From Promethearchaeia archaeon (lineage in GTDB: Archaea > Asgardarchaeota > Lokiarchaeia > Sigyniarchaeales > SOKP01), in assembly GCA_029856125.1 (NCBI GenBank), contig JAHQWJ010000062.1:64001-128000 (forward strand): DNA of 64,000 bases, in the 5' to 3' direction. Below the pieces are notes generated by a model. It did not search any database, was not told where the DNA came from, and saw nothing but the letters and a program-made list of their open reading frames with translations. This document shows positions 49,523 to 59,469 of this stretch, piece after piece; within the stretch, counting starts at the first letter, position 1, and each line of letters begins with the position of its first letter. Made by a program: the position numbers and the translations under genes.

Positions 49523-50663
49523 TTAGTCCCATCTCTTCTTTGAATAACATGATAGGTGTTTTTTCCGTTATTTGTTGATATTTATCTTCTCGAAACGGTG
49601 TCATTTCTATTACAAATCCTTGTAATTTATGCTGAATTAGTAAATCCATAAAAATTTCTTCCATCGCAAACTTTATGGGTAATTTAATAGTAGTAGCTTC
49701 GCAAGAAAAGAAGTTTTGAGGGATTTTTAGTTTATTTAATAAAAGATTACAAAACTCATCAATTTTCTTCTCCTCGCCTTCAATTAGAGCGTATAATAGC
49801 AACCCCTCTCTCGTGATTTCTTCGTATTGTAATTTAATAGTTTTTGCGCGTCTTAAGTACCTTTCTCTCAATTGCCAATAATCCTTAGCTATAATCGTGC
49901 AAAAATGAATTTTTATTGGAACTTTTGGAACGATATCACGCATGAGCTTCATTGCACATTCTTTACTATTCTTTACAGATGCTATTGTACCTGCTTCCAA
50001 CTTAAAATTTCGGTCTTTAAGGTTTTGACTATTTGGTAAACTATACTCAAATTCATTCAAATTGATAAAATCTGCGCCTATTTTGTTCAAATAAAAAATG
50101 AATTTTTTCAAATTATCTATATATTCCTCTTCTGGAATCACAGGTACTTCAGCACCTACAGACATACCCTTGTTTAATGCGTATTTAATCACGTTCCAAT
50201 TTTCTTTTGATGGGTTGAATCTAATTTCGTCTAACCCTGCTCGAGCGAGCTTTGTCGCAATTTCTTTGCTAAAATTAAGACCGTTGGTATAAAGGTGGAT
50301 ATGAAACTTTTTTCCTTTAATTTCTTTGATGAATTTGATATATTCAAGCGTTTTTTTTAAGTTGGGTTCATATAATGGGTCTCCGCCCGTAATACTCATT
50401 CCTTTCGCATTAATAGCTTTAAGTTCGAGGAGTATTTGTTCTTTAGAAGATATTTGAATCTCATTTATATAGGTATCTTTCTTACCTTTTCGTTTTTCAG
50501 AAATCGGACAATACCACCAGCAATGTTTTGGATTCTGACAGATTCCATTAAGAAATAACACTGCTTTAGTACCCTTTAAACATTGTTGACATCCTTTAGG
50601 AATTCCTTCTTTTTTTACGTAAAATGTCTGTGCCTTAGATTCTAAAATTACTGGATTTCTCAT
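49512..50663 (-). CDS. Radical SAM protein (archaeal PflA-like family)
   Basis: PKGCQQC..G.K, CQNPKHCWWYCP, ITGGDP, HLYTNG and GLDEIRF motifs. Confidence 0.85.
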   Translation of the reverse strand: MRNPVILESKAQTFYVKKEGIPKGCQQCLKGTKAVLFLNGICQNPKHCWWYCPISEKRKGKKDTYINEIQISSKEQILLELKAINAKGMSITGGDPLYEPNLKKTLEYIKFIKEIKGKKFHIHLYTNGLNFSKEIATKLARAGLDEIRFNPSKENWNVIKYALNKGMSVGAEVPVIPEEEYIDNLKKFIFYLNKIGADFINLNEFEYSLPNSQNLKDRNFKLEAGTIASVKNSKECAMKLMRDIVPKVPIKIHFCTIIAKDYWQLRERYLRRAKTIKLQYEEITREGLLLYALIEGEEKKIDEFCNLLLNKLKIPQNFFSCEATTIKLPIKFAMEEIFMDLLIQHKLQGFVIEMTPFREDKYQQITEKTPIMLFKEEMGLNDY

Positions 50664-51367
50664 CTTTGTAACAGTTTTTTTCTCACAATTGATTTTTCAT
50701 TGGCTAATTTTTTTAACACATCTTCGGTAGTCTCGTTCATTTCAATTGATCTCTTTAGAAATACGCCTGTTTTTCCAAATTTTTCTCTCTTTAAAAGAAC
50801 TCTTTTTCTTTCATTAATCAAATCAATACTAACATTCAACTGCTTTGCAGCTAAATTTTCATTTCCAATAATCGAATATTCTTCATGACCATAAGAAATT
50901 GGTTGAATTAAAACTAACCTTTTATCGATTCCAGGGACTCTAATACTATTTTTTACTTGGTTTAGATTAATTTTTCCTCCAAAATCGTAAAATTCGCTTG
51001 ATTTTTTATTGAACTTAGATATTGGAATTGTTATGCTCTCTAACTCATCTAAGTAAATGTAGAGTTTCAATGTGTCAGCGGGAGTTGCCATAATGATTTC
51101 TCGGAAGTAATTATTAAAACCGTTCTTGTCGAGTATTATTTCTATTTGATATGGAGCGATTGATTGGGTTAAAACCATGTCGATATCGCTATCGTTATGG
51201 ATGTCGCCTCGGGCAATACTACCATATACATATAGATTCAAACCTTCTTTAGCGAACATCTCCAACAGCGTTTTAGTTCGTTCTCTTTTTTGTTGTAATA
51301 GTTGTAAATGGTTTTCAGAGTATGTAACCTTATTAAAATGATCTCTTAGAATTTTATGTCCTTTCAT
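50660..51367 (-). CDS. Pol-beta-like nucleotidyltransferase domain protein
   Basis: YGSIARGD....SDID, EFYDFGG, RVPGIDKRL and GKTGVF motifs. Confidence 0.85.
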   Translation of the reverse strand: MKGHKILRDHFNKVTYSENHLQLLQQKRERTKTLLEMFAKEGLNLYVYGSIARGDIHNDSDIDMVLTQSIAPYQIEIILDKNGFNNYFREIIMATPADTLKLYIYLDELESITIPISKFNKKSSEFYDFGGKINLNQVKNSIRVPGIDKRLVLIQPISYGHEEYSIIGNENLAAKQLNVSIDLINERKRVLLKREKFGKTGVFLKRSIEMNETTEDVLKKLANEKSIVRKKLLQR

Positions 51368-51392
51368 TAGAATTTAATCGCTTCTATCTTTT

Positions 51393-52205
51393 TTACTGTT
51401 TCTCAATATATCCAATTATTACGCTTAAAAGTAATGTTTCGTAATACTTGAATGTGCTTTTAGTTTTTTTGATAATAGTATATTTGGTGTATTTAAATAT
51501 TTCTTTATTATGTAGTATCTTTTTTACTTTCTTGTTTTTAAAAAATGGATTTAATTTCTCACTAAGTATCGTAACTAATTTAGATTTTGTGTTTGAATCA
51601 GTTAGTAAAGTTAAATATACTTTCAGATTGTAAGAATTTAAGCGTGGGTTAATCAAAATTATGTTGCTACAATGGTAGTCTTTCAAAAGAAGATTCAAAG
51701 GTAAAACTTTTTTGGTAAAATCAATAACCTTATAATTCTGACTTAACAAGTTAAGATCTTGATTGTAAAACATTATAATAGTAGGAAAAGTTTGTTGCAA
51801 CTCTTTTTCAATATCAGATATCAATCGTTCCGTCAAGTTTTTATTTGATATTTTAAGCCGTAAGCTTATTACGTTATATCCAGACGTACAAAATGCTTCT
51901 GTGAGCGCTTTCAACATCATTAGTTTTCGATACCTTTTTATTAAGATTATTGTCGGTTTTATTAAATCTTCTTGCTGAAAAACGCTAGAAGTAGTCAGAT
52001 TGCACTTTTTTATAGATATAGACGAAAACTGATTGTTAATATCCAGCAGGTTATCAACTTCCCTAATCGTAGAAACATTTGAAAAAAAAAATCTCCATCT
52101 ATAAATTTCTTTAAATATCTTTACACAGATTAAAAGCAGGATTAACAATATGATTATGATAATATCAACTGTAATCCAATCAACTTGAAAGATGTCAAAT
52201 GTCAT
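51393..52205 (-). CDS. Hypothetical protein with N-terminal TM anchor
   Basis: IIIIILLILLLICV TM segment followed by an alpha/beta-like soluble region. Confidence 0.6.
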   Translation of the reverse strand: MTFDIFQVDWITVDIIIIILLILLLICVKIFKEIYRWRFFFSNVSTIREVDNLLDINNQFSSISIKKCNLTTSSVFQQEDLIKPTIILIKRYRKLMMLKALTEAFCTSGYNVISLRLKISNKNLTERLISDIEKELQQTFPTIIMFYNQDLNLLSQNYKVIDFTKKVLPLNLLLKDYHCSNIILINPRLNSYNLKVYLTLLTDSNTKSKLVTILSEKLNPFFKNKKVKKILHNKEIFKYTKYTIIKKTKSTFKYYETLLLSVIIGYIEKQ

Positions 52206-52229
52206 AATATTTACAACGCAGCACTTATT

Positions 52230-52544
52230 TTAATCTACAACTTCTTCAATCCAATCCAAATATTTCTCAGGTCCTTTCTCGATTTTGAAAGCAACACATT
52301 CGGGGTTTGAATAACTGTGAACTTCTCCGATTTTTTGAATTATTAAATCGCAATTTTTTTCAGTGGTTTTAATTATTAGAAGTAACTCGTTATCTCTTTC
52401 TATTTTTCCTTCCCACCAATATATGGAAAGTAAATTAGGTATGATATTTACGCAGGCTGCTAATTTATTTTCTATTAATAAGTTAGCAATTTTTTTACCT
52501 TCTTCAAAATTAGGTACAGTTACGAAAAATGTGTAATAATCCAT
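52230..52544 (-). CDS. cutA: Divalent-cation tolerance protein CutA
   Basis: LAACVNI, SIYWWEG, E.LLIIKT and HSY..PE motifs. Confidence 0.93.
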   Translation of the reverse strand: MDYYTFFVTVPNFEEGKKIANLLIENKLAACVNIIPNLLSIYWWEGKIERDNELLLIIKTTEKNCDLIIQKIGEVHSYSNPECVAFKIEKGPEKYLDWIEEVVD

Positions 52545-52820
52545 CTTTTTCCCTTAGGTATGATATCTGATTCTAATAATGTACAAATCAATTTCAATCT
52601 AATTGCGATATTAACAATTCATAAACAAAAAGAATTAAGCTAATAGGAAATCATTTATAAATTATTTTTGTATAAGGGAGAAAAAATAGATTTTAATTTT
52701 AGATTGCTTCTATGATATTTAATGTAGGAAATGCTATTTTTACTTAAATGAAATTATAAATAGGAGAACTTATATTATTAATAAAAAAAAATATAATTTT
52801 ATTATAAGGAGTGGATTGTA

Positions 52821-53546
52821 ATCCTTCACAATGTTTACCTGATATCAAATTATACGGGCATTTGTTTAATCCATAGGAAGTATGGGACAATAGAGTTTAA
52901 TCAAGATTTAGTATCTGGTTTTTTAACGGCATTAAAAGATTTTTCAGTGGAGTTCTCGAAAGGATCGGGTGAATTAAAAATCATTGATATGCAAATATTT
53001 TATCTCCTTCTTGTTTTTAAGGAAGGAATATTGTGCACAGCAGCAGCTGACAAGAATGACGATGCCAAAATAACGCACAAAATTTTAAGTGATATTATCG
53101 ACAAATTTCTGAATAAGTATGGAAACCTAATGAAGGATTGGTCAGGAGATGTTAGGTTGTTCACAGGATTTGAAAATGTTATGGATGACATGTTAAAAAA
53201 CGGTCATGTGGCAGAAATTCAAATAAAGATTCCTATTTTAAAAATCTATGAAAAAGACTTTGTAAAATCTCAGAAACTTCTAACTAAAAAGGGCATGGTG
53301 CTTTCGGAGGAAGATTTACGGAAAGTTCAAGACCAGAAGCCCACATGGACTTCAAAACGTCTTCCTTCCCAAGTAATCATTCAGGGTTTTTTAAACAAGG
53401 AACAGTATAAGATTGCTCATTTAGCAGATGGTTTTCACACTGTAGCAGATATAGCAGAGGAGGCTGGCGTTCCAAAGGCAGAGATTGATGTAATGATCGA
53501 TGATTTAGACGATCTTGGCTTGCTCAAGTTTATTGAAATAAAATAA
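52821..53546 (+). CDS. Longin/roadblock-like domain + C-terminal winged helix protein (probable ATC start)
   Basis: The frame upstream of the track GTG (52947) reads ILHNVYLISNYTGICLIHRKYG....DLVSGFLTALKDFS, a typical Asgard longin-like N-terminus. C-terminus ADGFHTVADIAEE...L...GLL is a wHTH. Confidence 0.7.
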   Translation: MLHNVYLISNYTGICLIHRKYGTIEFNQDLVSGFLTALKDFSVEFSKGSGELKIIDMQIFYLLLVFKEGILCTAAADKNDDAKITHKILSDIIDKFLNKYGNLMKDWSGDVRLFTGFENVMDDMLKNGHVAEIQIKIPILKIYEKDFVKSQKLLTKKGMVLSEEDLRKVQDQKPTWTSKRLPSQVIIQGFLNKEQYKIAHLADGFHTVADIAEEAGVPKAEIDVMIDDLDDLGLLKFIEIK

Positions 53547-53703
53547 CGTAAATTTTTTCATATAGCCTATATATAACCCACATTTTCTAATTTCTTGAAT
53601 CTGATTTGGCTAATTTTACTATTTTTATTAAATTAAATATGCTTGTCCTATTAAAATTGGTAAACATAAAATTTATGAAAAAAATATCACTAATCTAATT
53701 AGT

Positions 53704-55176
53704 ATGAATGTGAATAAAATAGATGAAAACATCTACGAAATCCCTCAAAAAACTTTAATGGCTCGAGTAGAAGGAAAGATCGCAAAATTTCAAATGAGAG
53801 TACCTGTCCATATTTATGCTAACGATTACATTTTAGAAAAAATTAAAAACGATAGAACTTTGGATCAAATTTGTAATGTAGCTTGTCTCCCCGGTATACA
53901 AAAACATGCTATTGTTCTCTCTGATGCACACCAAGGTTATGGGTTTTGTATTGGGGGTGTAGCAGGAACAGACGCTTATTCTGGAATGATTTCCCCAGGT
54001 GGTGTAGGATACGATATAAACTGTGGTGTGAGAATTCTAAGAACAAATCTTCACCTTAAAGATATTGAAAGTTCAATTCCTAAATTACTAGACACTATTT
54101 TTAAGAATATACCATCCGGATTAGGAAGTAAAGGAAAATTAAGCATCAATTCCTCTCAATTAGATGAGGTTTTAGATAATGGCTTAAATTGGGCATTAGA
54201 TAATGATTATGCTATAAAAGAGGATTTAGAGCATTGCGAAGAAAACGGTTTTTTGAAAAACGCTGATTCAAAATTAGTATCTCAAAAAGCAAAGCAAAGA
54301 GGAATAAAACAACTCGGCTCTTTAGGGAGCGGTAACCATTTTCTCGAAATACAAAAGGTTGATGAGATTTATAACGAGTCAGTGGCAAAGAAATTGGGAA
54401 TCATTAATAAAGATCAAATAGCAATCATGGTTCATACTGGTTCCCGGGCTCTTGGTCATCAAGTGTGCACGGATTCGCTTAGAAATGTCGAGCAAGCAAT
54501 GAGAAAATACAAGATAAAAGTACCAGACCGCGAGTTAGCTTGTGTACCAGCCGATACTCCGGAGGCAATACAATACTTGAAAAACATGGCTTGCGCTGCA
54601 AATTTTGGGTTTACTAATCGCCAGTTAATAACGCATTGGCTAAGAGAATCTTTCCAAAATCATTTTAAAAGGAGTTTAGACGATCTGGATTTTAAATTGA
54701 TTTATGGTGTTTGTCATAATATCTTAAAGATAGAAGAACATGATGTTGATGGGAAAAAAATGAAATTAAACATCCACAGAAAAGGCGCAACTAGAGCCTT
54801 CCCCCCAGAGCATCCAGATATACCCCGTGATTATAAAAGTATAGGTCAACCAGTTTTAATTCCTGGAACTATGGGAACTGCTTCGTACTTATGTGTTGGG
54901 AGACCAAAAGCAATGGATCTCTCTTTTGGTTCGACAGCTCATGGATCTGGGCGTGTGATGTCAAGATCTAAAGCAACGAAACAATATTGGGGCACTAAAA
55001 TAAAGGAAGATCTAAGGAATAAAGGAATTACCGTAAAAGCCGCCTCTCCTAAAATAATTGCGGAAGAAGCTCCTGGAGCATATAAAGACATAGATCAGGT
55101 TGTCCAAGTGAGCCAAGATCTCGGCATTGTAGAAAAAATTGTAAGATTAGTTCCAATTGGCGTTGTAAAAGGATAA
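53704..55176 (+). CDS. rtcB: RNA-splicing ligase RtcB
   Basis: DAHQGYGF.IGGV, GVGYDINCG, GSLGSGNHF.E, HTGSR, HN, HRKGAT, HGSGR and EEAP.AYK motifs. Confidence 0.97.
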   Translation: MNVNKIDENIYEIPQKTLMARVEGKIAKFQMRVPVHIYANDYILEKIKNDRTLDQICNVACLPGIQKHAIVLSDAHQGYGFCIGGVAGTDAYSGMISPGGVGYDINCGVRILRTNLHLKDIESSIPKLLDTIFKNIPSGLGSKGKLSINSSQLDEVLDNGLNWALDNDYAIKEDLEHCEENGFLKNADSKLVSQKAKQRGIKQLGSLGSGNHFLEIQKVDEIYNESVAKKLGIINKDQIAIMVHTGSRALGHQVCTDSLRNVEQAMRKYKIKVPDRELACVPADTPEAIQYLKNMACAANFGFTNRQLITHWLRESFQNHFKRSLDDLDFKLIYGVCHNILKIEEHDVDGKKMKLNIHRKGATRAFPPEHPDIPRDYKSIGQPVLIPGTMGTASYLCVGRPKAMDLSFGSTAHGSGRVMSRSKATKQYWGTKIKEDLRNKGITVKAASPKIIAEEAPGAYKDIDQVVQVSQDLGIVEKIVRLVPIGVVKG

Positions 55177-55288
55177 ATAATTACTTCTTCTTATGTTTCA
55201 AATTGAATCTTCTAAAAAAAGAAATTTTTTTTTTATTATTTCATGATAAAATTTTAAATGATATCGTTATCCAAAAAATATTTCGAAG

Positions 55289-55726
55289 TTAAATATCAAA
55301 TACTATATCTATTATGGTGCTTTCGTGTTTTTCTTCTATATTTAAGAAAGAATAAGTTATGGCCTTAACTTCGATTCCTATTTCGTGCTTACCTAAGTCG
55401 AACTTTTCACCTTTTAGAGTAGCACGCAACTTATAATTATCGTTAAATTTTTCAATTGAATGGACACAGATTTGATTAAAAACAAGCTCATCAACATCAA
55501 AAATATATAAAAATTCAGAAAGAAAATCAAATAATAGGGCTTCTTTATCCTCAGCCTCAACGATTATTTCTCTTTCGACTATAGGAGTTATTTTTTTTAA
55601 GTTTGGGGTTATGGTCGACATTAAACTATAAGCTGTTTGCGAAAAGGCTTCTTTTAATGATGATCCCCAACTTCTTACCTGAACATCGGCAGTATGATCT
55701 CTAAACTCAAATCCTGCTTTTTTCAT
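55289..55726 (-). CDS. Archease (RtcB cofactor)
   Basis: FEFRDHTADV, LLFDFLSE, EVKAITY and terminal VFDI. ATG at 55726. Confidence 0.93.
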   Translation of the reverse strand: MKKAGFEFRDHTADVQVRSWGSSLKEAFSQTAYSLMSTITPNLKKITPIVEREIIVEAEDKEALLFDFLSEFLYIFDVDELVFNQICVHSIEKFNDNYKLRATLKGEKFDLGKHEIGIEVKAITYSFLNIEEKHESTIIDIVFDI

Positions 55727-55846
55727 GTGAAACTTAATTATTTTCAATATAGATTTACTATAAATAGGCTCTTTTAAAATTAAATCTTTGTTGTTCAATT
55801 TATTTTTTCTAGGAGTTTAAAATAATAGGTTTGAAAATGTAATTAT

Positions 55847-56362
55847 ATGTTGAGTACAGTTTCTAACTCATTTATCACTAATCTGCTTTTTTATCAAAAG
55901 TTAATTATAAAAAAGATTTTTTCAAATGAAGAACTTTTGCTTTTTCACTTTTTTCATGAAACTACCAAAAGCCCCCCCCAAAATGTGATTATAGTAAAGG
56001 AATTTGTATTTTTTTTCCTAAAAAATGAAAATTATTTCAATGCAAAGTCCAAACTACCCTATCTTAGGAAGAAATTTGCGCATAGGAAAATCGTGATTGT
56101 ACGGGAAGAGGACGTACTAGTTAACTTAGTTTATGGGTTTTTTCCAGATCCTTATATTCATACAGTTAGAATCGAAAGAAATGTTTATACCGGAAAAACG
56201 AATATAATGGTAGGTTTTCTTTCGTACGAGGAACGAGGAATAGCTATAGGAGGTAACGGTAATTACATTAAAGCAGTTAACGAGATTTTCGAAAGATATG
56301 TTATTTTTGTTAATAGCGAAGCATTTCAAGTCAGAATTAAGTGTGATGTAGTTAAAATATAA
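55847..56362 (+). CDS. Archaeal NusA-like KH-domain protein (divergent)
   Basis: EE...F.FFH.TT, FFPD, ERGIAIGGNG.YIK (KH GxxG). Start is uncertain. Confidence 0.6.
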   Translation: MLSTVSNSFITNLLFYQKLIIKKIFSNEELLLFHFFHETTKSPPQNVIIVKEFVFFFLKNENYFNAKSKLPYLRKKFAHRKIVIVREEDVLVNLVYGFFPDPYIHTVRIERNVYTGKTNIMVGFLSYEERGIAIGGNGNYIKAVNEIFERYVIFVNSEAFQVRIKCDVVKI

Positions 56363-57133
56363 TTACCAAGGCACATCTTTTAATTTTATTAGATACGCTA
56401 TAGTATTAGATATAAGGCTTACAGAAGGTGTTAAAATGAGAAGAAATATAACAATGTTTAGATCTGGGATCAAGTATAATCCAGGAAAAAAAATAGCTGG
56501 AATTAAAGCAAAAATCAGAGCTCCTATCGCAAAATCTAATTGATCTACGATCCAAAAAGGCGCTCCACTTTTAATATTGACCCTTCTTTTCAGAAAAGAT
56601 CCAGCTAAATCTCCAATAGCTGCACCATAGGAACAAAAGACAATCCTCAAAAGTATAATAACTATTCCTATTGGAAATGAACCTCCAACAAAATAATACT
56701 GATAATAAAACAATTCAGAATATAAATTGTAAACTCCAAGAGAAGCACCCTCAATTGGAATCTGTTGTATTGCGGGCCATAAAATAAAAAACAGCAAGAA
56801 TAATGCACTACTTAAGGGTATCCCTATGTATAAAGGTCCCTTGACAAATCCGGATATTGTTTTGTGATCTCCTAAAATTCTACGACCGTCTCGCCAAAGT
56901 TTACTTTTATCTAACGGTTTGCCGCCTCCGACAATAACCATTCCTGCGTTTGAAAAATATGCGGGGACGATAAAAAGTACACTAAAAATTAATATCGCTA
57001 ACCAATCAGCCCATGTAAAGATGATAGAGATAATCAGAAAGTTAAAAAAAAGCAAACTGATAAACGTAATTGTCAATATTATAGCGAATCTTACGTTTTT
57101 TTTATCGATATCTCCCTTATTATTTCTAGACAT
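56363..57133 (-). CDS. carS: CDP-archaeol synthase
   Basis: PAYFSN, PLD....DGRRILGDHKT..G, GDL.GSFLKRR, DQLDF and terminal K.VPW motifs. Confidence 0.92.
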   Translation of the reverse strand: MSRNNKGDIDKKNVRFAIILTITFISLLFFNFLIISIIFTWADWLAILIFSVLFIVPAYFSNAGMVIVGGGKPLDKSKLWRDGRRILGDHKTISGFVKGPLYIGIPLSSALFLLFFILWPAIQQIPIEGASLGVYNLYSELFYYQYYFVGGSFPIGIVIILLRIVFCSYGAAIGDLAGSFLKRRVNIKSGAPFWIVDQLDFAIGALIFALIPAIFFPGLYLIPDLNIVIFLLILTPSVSLISNTIAYLIKLKDVPW

Positions 57134-57401
57134 AAATTTTCCAGTAATATTAATGAATGTATTCACTAATTTTTAATTAAAATTAAATTTTGGCAAATAT
57201 AACTAATTATACTAAACCCTTAATAATATTGCTTCCTAAATAATTATCTTTTAAAGTTCCGACAATAATATTATAAACTATCGATTTAATCGCTGCAAAT
57301 CAAAAAATTAGCATATTAAAGCTTTAATATATTATTCTTACTTTTTCGATTAATAAATAAATTTAAATAGCGCGGAATCGAAATAACAACTATTGGTATT
57401 A

Positions 57402-57435
57402 TTTCAAGTGGAAAATATTTACATGGTGGAAATGA
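57402..57435 (+). promoter_or_regulatory. Two mini-ORB-like motifs immediately upstream of cdc6
   Basis: TTTCAAGTGGAAA (57402-14) and GGTGGAAATGA (57425-35) resemble the ORB core TTCCAGTGGAAA(TGA). An AT-rich tract lies upstream. Confidence 0.4.
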
Positions 57436-58755
57436 GTGTTGACTAATCATAATGAAAAAGGAATGTATTCATTCAATATCGATAAATTTTATCAGAACTA
57501 CTTAAAAGGACCGAAGCTTTTTAAAAATCGAGAAGCTCTCGAACCATCGTTTATCCCTGACGTTTTACCTCACAGAAATTCGGAGATCGAGAAGATAGCT
57601 GGTATAACTGCTTGTGCCTTAAAAGGTGACGTTCCTCCTAATTTCTTGTGTTATGGGATGACTGGTACGGGTAAAACGGCTACTGTAAGGTATATTTCAC
57701 AAAAACTTGCCCAACACTCTACCAAACCTCCTTGGTGGGTATATATTAATTGTACAGTAGTATCTACACCTTATAGAATCTTAGCTCATATCTACAATAC
57801 GATAGTTGGTAAAGAAATAATTCCATCAACGGGCTTACCTAAAGATGTAATTCTCAAGAAGTTATTAGGTTTATTAGACCAATATATCAAAGATAGTATC
57901 TGTTTTCTTGTATTAGATGAAATAGATATTCTGATTGAAAAAAAAGGAGGAAATGAAATCTTGTATAACTTAACAAGGTTAAATGAGAGCTTAGATCACT
58001 GTAGAACGAGTGTTATCGGCATATCTAATAAGCTAAAATTCACGGAATTCCTCGATGCGAGAGTTAACTCTAATCTTGAGGAAGAAGAACCAATTGTCTT
58101 TAAACCATATAACGCTAACCAACTCTACGACATTCTAAAACTAAGAGCTGAAATAGCTTTTAAGGAAGGCGTTATTGACGACGGAGTTATAAAGCTTTGT
58201 GCAGGTCTAGCAGCAAAAGAAAATGGTGATGCGAGAAAAGCTCTTCAGTTGTTAAGAAAGGCGGGAGAAATTGCAGAACGAAACCAAACTAAAAAAATAT
58301 TGGAAAATCATGTAGAAAAAGCTCAAAAAGATATTGATAAAGATTACATTGTTGAATATATCTTTTCGATGCCTCTTCAAGCAAAACTAACGTTGACGGC
58401 CATCTTTTTATTGTCAAAAAATACCAAAGAACACATAATTACTTCAGGAGATATTTATGAAGCTCATTCAGAATTAGCACAAATCATTCCAAATGTGAAA
58501 CAATTGACGCACAGAAGGATTAGTGATTACATTAATGAATTAGCGTTGTCAGGATTAATAACTGCTACAACAAAATCGATGGGTCATTATGGTCGAACGA
58601 AAATTGTAAAACTTGACATCGAGTTTAACCTAATAGAACGAATTTTGTCTCAGATTAATAAAGTAAAAGAATATCGATTACTAGATTATAAACCGATAAT
58701 ACTCCAAACCGATAAAGTTAAGATAAAGAATGTAGTATTTAAAAAGCTAATTTAA
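57436..58755 (+). CDS. cdc6: Orc1/Cdc6 replication initiator
   Basis: LPHR, YGMTGTGKT, VYINC, LVLDEID, F.PY...QL..IL..R and GDARKAL motifs, with a C-terminal WH domain. Confidence 0.95.
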   Translation: MLTNHNEKGMYSFNIDKFYQNYLKGPKLFKNREALEPSFIPDVLPHRNSEIEKIAGITACALKGDVPPNFLCYGMTGTGKTATVRYISQKLAQHSTKPPWWVYINCTVVSTPYRILAHIYNTIVGKEIIPSTGLPKDVILKKLLGLLDQYIKDSICFLVLDEIDILIEKKGGNEILYNLTRLNESLDHCRTSVIGISNKLKFTEFLDARVNSNLEEEEPIVFKPYNANQLYDILKLRAEIAFKEGVIDDGVIKLCAGLAAKENGDARKALQLLRKAGEIAERNQTKKILENHVEKAQKDIDKDYIVEYIFSMPLQAKLTLTAIFLLSKNTKEHIITSGDIYEAHSELAQIIPNVKQLTHRRISDYINELALSGLITATTKSMGHYGRTKIVKLDIEFNLIERILSQINKVKEYRLLDYKPIILQTDKVKIKNVVFKKLI

Positions 58756-59435
58756 GATAGGAACTTCCAATTATTAATATCTTTGGTAATACTCTCAAGA
58801 AAGTACGATGCTAAATCCGCGTTTTTTATTTTTAATAGGAGAAATAATTTCGCTAAGTGTTTACAGAATTTCTTATTTTCTGCTCTTTTAGTCTGAAAAT
58901 CAAGGCAATTATGTTTTATCACTTTTTCACTTATGTTTATATCAATGTTATACGGAATCTTTTGAGAACCTTGAACTTCAGCTTTAATTATTTTTTGTTT
59001 AGGATCGATAGATCTAAATTTGTATGCGCTATCAGACTCTGCTACTGCTCTATTTATAGTTCCTTTATCAAGTAAAGCTTTTAATAAAATTTTGAACTTA
59101 TTTACATCTTTATTTTTAGATTCATTGCTGAACTCGTTGAAATCGTTGACATCTTTTATCTTTTCTGAAATGTGCGTTTTCCTTTTCTCATGCCATTTGT
59201 TTAACTTAAGAGCTAAAGATTTGGATAATTTAATTCGCTCATCGCCTTCTAGTATTAAATAATCTTCATGAATGGCTGTATTTATGAATTCTTTTGCCTC
59301 TTTAGGAGAAAACAGAAACAGTTCAAAAGAAATTACGTGCAAGAAATCATCTTGTTGTATACTAGGAAGTTCTATAATTTTCCAAATATGTAAAACCATC
59401 TCTGAGGTATTGCCACGTGGAATCGCAAAATTCAC
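58752..59435 (-). CDS. Hypothetical protein with C-terminal SWIM zinc finger
   Basis: HNCLDF......KFCKHL motif; DUF2240-like N-terminus. Confidence 0.65.
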   Translation of the reverse strand: MNFAIPRGNTSEMVLHIWKIIELPSIQQDDFLHVISFELFLFSPKEAKEFINTAIHEDYLILEGDERIKLSKSLALKLNKWHEKRKTHISEKIKDVNDFNEFSNESKNKDVNKFKILLKALLDKGTINRAVAESDSAYKFRSIDPKQKIIKAEVQGSQKIPYNIDINISEKVIKHNCLDFQTKRAENKKFCKHLAKLFLLLKIKNADLASYFLESITKDINNWKFLS

Positions 59436-59469
59436 TTAAAGCACCTAATACAATTAAAAGTAGAAGAAT

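Noticed and set aside
53740-53800. Extra roughly 10 residues near the RtcB N-terminus as a possible third, stop-less intron
   Set aside because: I could not build an internal hairpin or BHB pairing. It is more likely a protein loop insertion.
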